Source: Eledone cirrhosa
Lineage: Eukaryota
Length of the DNA: 64,000 bases
Reading direction: 5' to 3'
NCBI GenBank assembly: GCA_964016885.1
Contig: OZ024744.1
Location: 68,138,001-68,202,000, forward strand
The notes below the pieces were generated by a model. The model saw only the letters and a list, made by a program, of their open reading frames with translations. It was not told the DNA's origin and made no database searches. Shown piece after piece: positions 29,328-39,684 of the stretch. The first letter of the stretch is position 1; every line of letters begins with the position of its first letter. The position numbers and the translations under genes are program-made.

Positions 29328-31505
29328 GTTTAACGTCCATGTTCCACGCTTGCATGGGTTTGGACGGGAGTTTTCCCACTTGAGGCAAGAGTGGTTGTCT
29401 TGCTCGCATAGGACTGTCTGGCGGGTTTTCTACAGCCCTTCCTAACACCAACCACATTTACAGTGTGGGACTGGGAGATTTTTACCGTGTTGCCTACACG
29501 GCCACATTACAGCGTGGACTGTGTGTTTTTTTGTCGTGACACCTACACGATCTCATTTGTTTCGGCCTGGATGTTGTGGCACCAACATAACTTTACATTG
29601 AAAGGGGCGGTGTGGATGGTGGGACGGGGTGTATTTTGTTGGAGATGCCTACTGACTGTAGTAGGTTTTACTTTGTATTTAGGTAAGGCGGGTCTTCTCT
29701 ATTACTGAGTGCCGCCAAAGATCTCGGTCCAGTGACATTGTCTTGGAGAGGTGTAAGTGTGTGAGGTCAGAGTTTATCAGGTCGTCCCAGATTTTTCTGG
29801 GTCTGCCTACTCCGTGGCTACCGTCTATCTTTATTGCCCTGCACTTTTTTATACAGCTGTCGTCTTTCATGCGCATCACGTGACCATACCAACGTAGCCT
29901 TCTCTCGAGTAAACAACATCTGATCCCTCTTATTTCTAATTTTTCCCTTAGTTCGTTTATGCTTTGCTGTTCGCGTATATTACTATTACACATCCAGCGG
30001 AGCATGCAAGCTTCGTTCCTCTCTAGTCTGCGTATATCCTCTGCACACAATGCCCAGGTCTCACTGCCATGCAACATTGCTGTTCGTATGCAGGCATCAT
30101 ACAGCCTACCTTTCTTTTTTAGGGAGAACCCTTTAGCGGTTAATAGTGGTATAAGCTCTCTGAACTTTTTCCATCCAGTTCTGACTCTAGCTACTGTACT
30201 TTCAGAGCACCCTCCCCCACTGCTGATTTTGTCACCCAGGTAACGGAAGCTGTCCACTATTTCTATAGAACCCTCTGCGCAATTGAAAGAGCTAGCATTT
30301 TGTGAGCACTTGCTGCTACTTATTGCACCAGAGCACCGGCCGCATGTAAAATCTATGTTCTTAGTTAGCTTACCTATGATCCCACTACATCTTTTATGCA
30401 CCCATACTTTGCATTTGGGACATAAAATGGAGTTTCTACCTACGCCTTTCCTACACACTGAGCATGGCCATTTCCCGGAAGGGACCGGCGCCTTATTTTC
30501 TTTCCTACAAACTAGAACTTTAGTCTTAGCCAGGTTAATTTTAAGGCCTTTTGATTCTAGGCCGTGCTTCCATGTTTGGAATTTCTTCTCTAGCTCGGCC
30601 ATTGATTCAGCTATGAGCGTTAGATCATCTGTGTATAGGAGTTCCCATGGGCAGCCGGTCTTGAACTCCACTGTTATAGCCTGAAGGGCAATAATAAATA
30701 GTAGGGGGCTAAGAACAGAGCCCTGATGAACACCAACTTTTACGCTAAACTCTTCACTATATTCGTTGTTAATTCTAACCTTGCTGACTGTTTCTTTATA
30801 CAAGGCTTGTATAGCTCTCACAAGCCATTCATCAACACCTAGTTTTCTAAGAGCCCACCAGATAATGGAACGAGGGACTCTGTCGAAGGCTTTCTCCAAG
30901 TCGACGAAAGCTAAGTATAGGGGTTTACTTTTAGCTAGGTACTTCTCCTGTAGTTGTACAATGAAAAGAGCATCTGTGGTACTTTTGCCTGACACAAACC
31001 CGAACTGCATTTCATCTAGATCGATTCTCTCTCTGATTAGTTGCGCTATTACTTTTTCCGTGACCTTCATGACCTGGTCGATTAAATTAATGCCTCTATA
31101 GTTACTCCTATCTAGGGCGTCTCCTTTACCCTTGTAGCAGTTAATGATGATGCTGCTGCTACGCCAGTCCTTCGGAACAACCCCATTCTGTATGACTTGG
31201 TTTACTATCCGGGTGACCATGGTGTGTCCCACCGTTCCAGAGGCTTTCAGCATCTCAGCAACTATTTCCGAAGGCCCAGCCGCCTTACCCGTCTTCATAT
31301 CTTTGATTGCCTTACTTATTATACTACCTTCAACTAACACTGCTGGTCCCTCTATTGGGTGGATGTGGGGGAGACTGTCTTTCTCCCATTTATTCTCCTC
31401 ATTTAGTAGCCTTTCGTAGTGACACTTCCAAGCTACCTTCTTATCAGCGTCAGTGATGGCAAGTACGCCATCATCATTAAGTATACACTTCTCCCCGACA
31501 ATATC
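29291..31505 (-). mobile_element. RTE-clade LINE, 5'-truncated, with uninterrupted RT frame
   Basis: About 600 codons open (29679 to ~31505): NYRGI, QFGF, FVDLEKAFDRVP, GVHQGSVLSPLLF, YTDD, YLG, LHGSETW, RRLRWYGHVMR, GRPRK. 3'UTR and (ATG)n tail. Confidence 0.93.
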
Positions 31506-31553
31506 AATATATATATATATATATATATATATACACGCATCACACACACACAC

Positions 31554-32180
31554 CATCATCATCATCATCATCATCATCATCAGGTTTAGCGTCCGTGTTC
31601 CACGCTTGCATGGGTTTGGACGGGGGTTTTCCCACTTGAGGCAAGAGTGGTTGTCTTGCTCGCATAGGACTGTCTGGCGGGTTTTCTACAGTTGGATGCC
31701 CTTCCTAACACCAACCACATTTACAGTGTGGGGCTGGGAGGTTTTTACCGTGTTGCCTACACGGCCACATTACAGCGTGGACTGTCTGGCGGGTTTTCTA
31801 CAGCTGGATGCCCTTCCTAACACCAACCACATTTACAGTGTGGGGCTGGGAGGTTTTTACCGTGTTGCCTACACGGCCACATTTACAGCGTGGACTGTGT
31901 GTTTTTTGTCGTGACACCTACACGATCTCATTTGTTTCGGCCTGGATGTTGTGGGACCAACATAACTTTACATTGAAAGGGGCGGTGTGGGTGGGGTGGA
32001 GGTGGTGGGACGGGGGTGTGTTTTGATAGAGGTGCCTACTGACTGTAGTAGGTTTTTACTTTGTATTTAGGTAAGGCGGGTCTTCTCTATTACTGAGTAC
32101 CGCCAAAGGTCTCGGTCCAGTGACATTGTCTTGGAGAGGTGTAAGCGTGTGAGGTCGGAATTTATCAGCTCGTCCCATGT
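31554..32180 (-). mobile_element. RTE 3' fragment (same family) with internal 112-bp duplication
   Basis: Matches 29291-29790; GGACTGTCTGGCGGG occurs at 31667 and 31779. Confidence 0.9.
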
Positions 32181-32224
32181 TAAATATATTTATATATAAA
32201 TATATATATATTTATATATAAATA

Positions 32225-32285
<61 letters not shown>

Positions 32286-32402
32286 CATACATATCTATCT
32301 AGGGCAGGTAAAATTCCCGAGATCCATGGACGAGTTCTCTCCAGCGGTCTCTGTCCCTCATCATCGCTGCCATGTCCTGCGCCTCAGTATATACATATAT
32401 AA

Positions 32403-33136
32403 ATAGTAATATATGTGAACGGCAAAGCATAAATGAACTAAGTGAGAAATTAGGAATAAGAGGGATCAGATGCTGTTTACTTGAGAGAAGACTACGTTGG
32501 TATGACGACATGTTGCGCATGAAAGACGACAGCTGTATAAAAAAAGTGCAGGGCGATCAAAAATTGATGGTAGTTTCGGAGTAGGTAGACCCAGAAAAAC
32601 CTGGCATGATCTGATAAATTCCGACCTTACACACTTGCACCTCTCTAAGACAATGTCACTGGACCGAGATCTTTGGCGCTACGCAGTAATACAGAAGACC
32701 CACCTTGCCTATGTACAAAGTAAACTTTCAGTCAGTAGGCACCTCTTAACCAAATATACACCAATCCACTACCCTTACCCTATCCTCCCACTCCCACCAA
32801 CACCACCCCCTCTCTGTAAAGTTGGTACCACAACATCCAGTCCAAATAAATGAGATAATGAGATAATGAGATAATGAGATCGAGAAGGTGTCACGACAAA
32901 AATACACAGTCCACGCTGTAATGTGGCCGTGTAGGTAACATGATAAAAAGTTCCCAGTTCCACACTGTAAATGTGGTTGGTGTTAGGAAGGGCCGTAGAA
33001 AACCTGCCAGATAGTCCTATATGAGCGAGACAGTCACCCAACCAACCTTGCCTCAAGTGGGACAACTCCCGTCTAACCCATGCTAGCGTGGAAGAGAGAC
33101 GTTAAACAAAGATGACAAAGATGATGATGATGATGA
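32403..33136 (+). mobile_element. RTE 3' fragment, opposite orientation
   Basis: Encodes ...QSINELSEKLGIRGIRCCLLERRLRWY... and LSKTMSLDRDLWR; (GAT)n tail. Confidence 0.88.
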
Positions 33137-34693
33137 TTCACACACACAAACGCACGTATGTTTTCTGCAAGATTCTTAATGTAAAAGGGGATGTTCATTT
33201 TGCCAATTTTAACAATAAAAAACACACAATATTTGACTTTAATTTCTGCTTTATTATTATTATTAGTTATTGGTTATTTTGTCAAAGCTTACATCACACA
33301 TTCTGTGATCTCAAGATGGTGTAAACAGAATAAGGCCGAAAAGAAGAACTAGTCGTTGATGAGGCCACAGAAAAAGAGCTTTGACAAAATAACAAATAAC
33401 TAAAAATAAAGCTGAAGTTAAAGTCAATTAGTGTGTGAGCTTTTATTGGCAAAATGATCATCCCCAAATATAACAATATAGATTGCATATAAGGTATGTG
33501 TGTGTGTGAACACAGCCATTATATATCTGTAAAGCACTAGTGAATGTATCCAAGAAAGACAACTGCGCTGGTACAATCTTTTATGTAAATTGATAACACA
33601 CTGAATGAAAATTATATAAATTCCTAGTGAAGGTTATAACCTATATAAGGAGCACAAACAAATTTAAATCATACAGCATTTGCACACATAGTGATTTAAC
33701 TAACTTACAGTTTAACAACAGAGTAGAAATAGACTGGTTGTCTGACAAGCAGAGTTATGTACCTTGACTTAGAAACGATGCTGTACTATAACTGCAGTAA
33801 GGTTTATTTTTCTTAGAAAATTGGCCAATGCAGGATTTGAATTTTAAACAGAGAAAGACATTTTTAAACACCGGTAATGAATAGCAAGAAATAAGAGTAT
33901 AAACAAAAATTTAAGTATAATTGATGTATAATTTATGTATACCCGCTCCTATATGGTGTAAGTGTGTGGCATAGTGGCTAAGCTGCAAGGCTCACACTCG
34001 TAGACTTCCGAGTTCAATTTCTAGACTGAGCAGCACATTGGTTGTGTCCTTGGACAAGACACTTTATTTCACATTGCTCCAGTCCACTTGGCTGACAAAA
34101 ATAAGTCCAACTTATAATTCAAGTAGCCACACTTGCCACTCCCTAAGAACTATATTAAGCAGACCTGTCTCTCCCCGTCTGACGGCGACATCTCCCACCC
34201 ACTTTGGGGTGGGTGAGAGGTGGGTATAGTTTTCATTATGTAAAATCTCCCCCCTATTTGAACACTTTTTTTTCATGGTACTCTCTGTTTGGAATTTAGG
34301 AGTTAAGGTATGATTAAGAGTGCACATGAAATACTCAATTACTTATACATTAATTTCTTGAGTAGGGTATCCCTTTGATTGAATCAAGTAGAGGTCCAAC
34401 GACTACATATATGTGTAACTAACCCACTCTGTTGAGCTAAATCAGAGTTTCTTAACTTTTTATCCTGTAATTCCCTTTACAAGTTTACCATCTTGATTTT
34501 CTATCACATATGATAAGAAAAAAGTAGCCATGTGCATTATATTAATGTATCACCTGATTAAATGCCATTAATTTAATTTGGTATGAAAGTAGTCTTGTAT
34601 ACAACATTATTTACATAGCACTGACAGTTTTAGACTAATCTAATACTAGTAATATTTTATACATAATTTATTACGTAACATTAATAACCTTAA

Positions 34694-34892
34694 CCCTTTA
34701 GCATTTACATTACTCTATTATATTTTCACGGTAAAGGCTTTACCTCACATAATATCAAAGCTACGAGATTTTGATATTATTTATTTTGAGAACAATACCT
34801 TAACATCAGTATGAACAGCCATTTCTGACTGGTTCAAACAGAAAGAGGTGAGTGAATTCTGTCCAGATACGGCCGGTTTAAATGCTAAAGGG
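34694..34892. mobile_element. piggyBac-derived MITE (199 bp)
   Basis: TTAA at 34690-34693 and 34893-34896; TIR CCCTTTAGCATTTA / TAAATGCTAAAGGG, nearly the same as the element at 19807. Confidence 0.88.
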
Positions 34893-35152
34893 TTAAGGAA
34901 AATAAATCTAGGAAAATCACTGAGAATAACGTGAACACATTTTAAAATCTAAAATCAATTCCTTAACTGAAATACCATCTTCCTCCAGGAATCCAGAAAT
35001 TTCCCCTCAGTGGAAAAACTTCAGCAAGATTAAGAATTAAAAGACTAAATAAACGATAATAATTTTTCACCATAAGTTTGTAAGATAGGGTTTAAGTGAT
35101 TGACTCAACCTATCAGCATGTCACCATTATTTTAATTAAACTACCATGCAAA

Positions 35153-35520
35153 CATCATCATCTTTGCCCACTTATTCCTGAGAGGGTTGTGGCAAGCAGT
35201 AATCAAACACTCATGCCAGTGGGTCCTGTCAGAAGCAATAGAGTCTCCAACTGATCTGGCTGGATTTCCAAGCATGACCAACCAAGACCATGGGTCTCTA
35301 GTCGGTTGGTTTTTACCAGTAAAATCTGTTCATTGATTCTTTCCTGTGACATTCTAACCACATGCCCATAGTATCAGAGCTGTGATCTCTCAATTTGGAG
35401 AAGTAGCGTCTCTATCTGGAGTGACTCATGATCTCTGAGTTACACATTTTATCAAGTAACGTTACTCCAAAGATCCTTCAGAGGAATCCCATTTCGGCTG
35501 CTTGTATTTGCAATCGTATC
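35153..35520 (-). mobile_element. Degraded RTE 3' end (different subfamily)
   Basis: Minus strand reads IQAAEMGFL*RIFGVTLLDK...YGHVVRMSQERI; ends in ATG repeats. Confidence 0.65.
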
Positions 35521-35934
35521 CATGCAAGGTTAAACAACAAAATCAACTCTTAGGATATGCATTTAGGCCTTACTACAAAGCATTTTTATAGAAATGCTAT
35601 TACTTCTAGTCTATATAATAATTTTTTTAAATCTCTAGTCTTAGCAAAGACATATCAACCTCTCTTGTGCTGAAGCCACAATAAAATGCACTCAGTACAT
35701 TCTGTAAAGCATTGGGTATTAAGAAAGTCAGTTATATAAAAAATGAAATGTATATGTAAGATGTGGTCTTTTGACATGTCTAGGAGGGCAGTAACTTTAA
35801 ATAAAAACAAAAATGACCTTATATAACAAGTCAGTTTGGAAAGCAGGTATATGATGATGATGATGATTTTCATCCACCTTCAAAATGAAAATTATCAAAC
35901 CAAAAACAAAATATAAAATTGGTCAAACACTTAC

Positions 35935-36103
35935 CACCACCACTTTTGTAACAGAGATAAGGAAATCTCCAAATATTTCCAAGTCCAACTGCAAAACCTA
36001 TACACGTTAATATAAAGTCAAGTTTGCCAGTCCATGCTCCACGAGCCTTACGATTTTTTTTGTCACTTTGAATGTTCACTGCACAGCTCTTAGACTCCAA
36101 CAT
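35935..36103 (-). CDS. SLC6 Na+/Cl--dependent amino-acid transporter (GlyT/ATB0,+-like), coding exon 1 (N-terminus, TM1)
   Basis: [37 protein letters not shown] is the SLC6 TM1 signature. Donor GTAAGT follows 35935 (phase 1). Acceptor ttcAG at 36116-36117 lies 12 nt before the ATG, so an upstream exon probably exists. Confidence 0.93.
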
Positions 36104-36621
36104 CTTCTGGGATATCTGAAATAGATAATGTAAATAAAAAATTTAAAAAGTAACCAACAATTGGTAATTTCTCTGTATTATATACAAAATGGTTGGGTAA
36201 CATGCTTTTTCTCCTCTCTAATCATATATTGTTGTTTTTTTTGTTTATTCTACTCTTGTCTGTCTAGTTTTTTTCTTAGATTTCCTCTTGATCTATCTTC
36301 CAATGAAGAGCTAGCGTTCAAAATGTTAATGCTTTTTCCACTTATATTAAGTGTTAAACAAATATATCATTACTGTGTGCAGTTTTCACTATTGACTTTT
36401 CTTACATATATTGGGACATATAAGGGCATTTAACCAGCTATAGAAAACCTGCCAAACACCAAACAAATGTTGGTACCATGAAAAAATGCACTCGACAGAA
36501 TACAGGATTGTATGTTAGGTCTTCAGCCCATCTGCAGGACATGAAGAGCCAGTCACCCCCCCCCCCCACACACACACACACTCATTATATCTTGGGAGTC
36601 TTCACAGCTATCTATGCTCTT

Positions 36622-36867
36622 TTAAACTCTTTTCTTACCATATCTCTAGTGAACAATATTTCCTATGATTTAGAAAACAACCAATAATTTGGAGGGATTT
36701 AATAATGTAACTAACTTTCTCATTATTAAGTTAGTGTTTGGAACATAGCCAAAGTACTTTCATAAAATTATGATAGAAAGTTTTTAGATAAATATAAATA
36801 CTTTAAAACAATTGTTGTATCATAGAACTAAGGGTAATTTCAGCCAGTGTGGCACTGAAAAGGTTAA
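36622..36867. mobile_element. Degenerate TTAA-flanked MITE
   Basis: TTAA at both ends, AAAAGG-TTAA right end; internal similarity to 17274-17370 and 17578-17700. Confidence 0.5.
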
Positions 36868-37275
36868 GATTCCTTAAGATTATGGTATTAAATTCTCAAG
36901 ATATCCCATCCCTCAAGTACCTCTTAGCAAAAGATATTCAACATTTTGGTGATTTTTCAGTTTTCTTCCATGTTTCAATTACATATATCTCCATAGGTGG
37001 TACAATAACGGCATTGTACAGACTAATTGTGATGGGGTGTTTAAGTACAAGATTTTGAACAATCATTGAAAATACTGTTGTTGCTTTCCTAGTCTATATT
37101 TTACAATGATCCTGGTTTTATTCATCATCACTCACACAGAATGTTACTAAGGTATTTGAATTGACACATGTCTTTGAGAGTTTGTTCTTCAATTATTAAG
37201 TGGTTTTACCATACTTACTGGCTGATCCCTGGCTGATCCCTGTGACCTTGGCCTTTTACTGTGTTCATTCTCAGC

Positions 37276-37311
<36 letters not shown>

Positions 37312-37315
<4 letters not shown>

Positions 37316-37410
37316 GTGTCCCAAAAATGTATACATACTTCAATAACATTCTAATAAATATCGCCTGCACATGTAATCAAATTATGTATATATTTTGGGG
37401 AAACATCCTG
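37312..37410. mobile_element. Tc1/mariner-type MITE, copy 2
   Basis: CAGGGTGTCCCAAAAATGTATAC...TATATATTTTGGGGAAACATCCTG-TA; inverted relative to the copy at 4250. Confidence 0.65.
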
Positions 37411-38000
37411 TATAGGCTAGCTGCCTAATCACATAGACATCTTCAAATGTAAGATGCTTGTGTAAATACAGTGAAACAGATCAATTAATAAATACTGGGT
37501 TCAATTCCTTACAGGCACCTTGGTACATGTTTCTCTAAATCTTGAATACTTGACTATTTTTGCAACTATTATTTAGTAATCAACTTTCATTGGCATTTGC
37601 AGGACGCACATATTTCAAATTTTCCTAATATTTCATAAATCAGCAGCTATATATGTTTTTGAATCGTTCCTTTAGCTGATTGATCACGAAACGCGCGTCA
37701 TGAGTGAATAACCAAAAATATATATATTGTGCGTGAGAATGTGTGTATAATATATATATGTTTTTGAATATATATACATATAAAATATATAATAGGTGGA
37801 TCCCCGATGTATACCGAAAGGCAACCAGTTAAAAAAGGTACTCAATACGTTAGTAGAGTATAGGCATCTTTATTTTATTATAGAAATGACTTCTACAGGA
37901 CTAGAACTGTTTCATTCGTGTGTAATCACCAGGAAAGTATTTTCCTGGTGATGTTTTCTTACGAATATATATATACACACACACACACACATTTAAATAA

Positions 38001-38172
<172 letters not shown>

Positions 38173-38270
38173 CATGTGTGGATCTTAAATGAGTCTGGCA
38201 GGTAAACAGGAACGTTGGAAGAAAATGTGTGAGAGCTAGATAAATAGACAGACAGGGTGAGTGAGTGAGT

Positions 38271-38319
<49 letters not shown>

Positions 38320-38474
38320 AGAGACAGACAGACGGACAGAAAGAGAGAGAGGGAGAAACGGAAAGTATGCTAAACATATTTCTCAGGATGTAAACAAGCT
38401 CAACTTACATCATGTATCGGGCAATAGATATAAAACACATACATATAGTAATATGTGTATTAATATACACAGAA

Positions 38475-38506
<32 letters not shown>

Positions 38507-38819
38507 GCGTGTGCGTGTGCGTGTGTGTGTGTGTAAAGTCCCCCTCACAAGAAGAGATGTGTAGAAAAAGAGAAAGAATGGTATGGTGAAGGAATATTGT
38601 TAAATGCAAAACTGCTATTAAATAACTTATTTACTTACACTATAGAGCATTGTAGTAACAGATGCCACACTACCAATATTGTACGCATAAAAAACACAGA
38701 ACATATACATACACACACGCACATGTGTGTGTGTAGCAAGCCCCACACATTAGCACATGTTTGGACAAGCTGGCACTCTTACCTACACACACACACACAC
38801 AGGTAAGAGAGCCAGTTAC

Positions 38820-38852
<33 letters not shown>

Positions 38853-39684
38853 CGCGCGCGTGCTATTGTGTCTGCAAAAATTTTATTGTGAGCACTTTCG
38901 GGGATATTGTTATTTAGGGACTACATTATCCAAAGTCTCCTCTTTCTAAGACAGAAAATCTTCACTCTAGGCCAAACAAGCAGTCCCACGATCTAAGGTA
39001 TTCTAGCTGTGGTTATCTCGTTGCTTTTAGGGACTCAATAACAATACATTATCAAATGTGTTCTTTCCCTATTTTTTTTTTATAGACTCTAGGATGTCAT
39101 TGGAAAGGAACTTAACTGCTATTTCTAGCAAGCCATGTTGTGACCACAGAAATATGTAATTCCCAACCTTTCATAGCTGGTAGTGTGGGTTCTAATCGGA
39201 TGATGAGAATAGAGCAAATACTTTGACCCCACCCCTACACAAACGGACACCCAAATAAACCGGTATTACTGGCTGGTGGAAATGTTGCACCATTTTGCAC
39301 CTGCGTTTCTGGAGCGACATCCATATTCCATACGATACTTGATGTTCACAGTTGACTCCCATATGCCTGGCGATGTAAGCATTCCTCACCCACCCCGAAA
39401 AAATATTGGTTGATTTAGTTGTAGTGATTAGTTTAGCTGTTACAGCGGTAGGGCATCAAACACCATGCTTTGTAGCATAGAGTTGTGGCCCTTTTACGTT
39501 CCGAGTTCAACCTTGCCTTTCATCCTTACGGGGTCGATAAAATAAAGCATTAGCAGTGCACTGGGGAAATTTCCCATCTTTCGGCATTCTGACTCCCAGC
39601 ACGGCAGCCCTTTAGTTTACCTTTTTTTCTTTCTTTTTTTTTTTCTTTCGTGGGGTGTTGACTTTTTCCAATCTCGCAGGGGAG

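Noticed and set aside
31506-31580. Poly-Met N-terminus of the 633-aa ORF
   Set aside because: It comes from the (ATG)n tail of the adjacent RTE copy and a microsatellite, not a real start.
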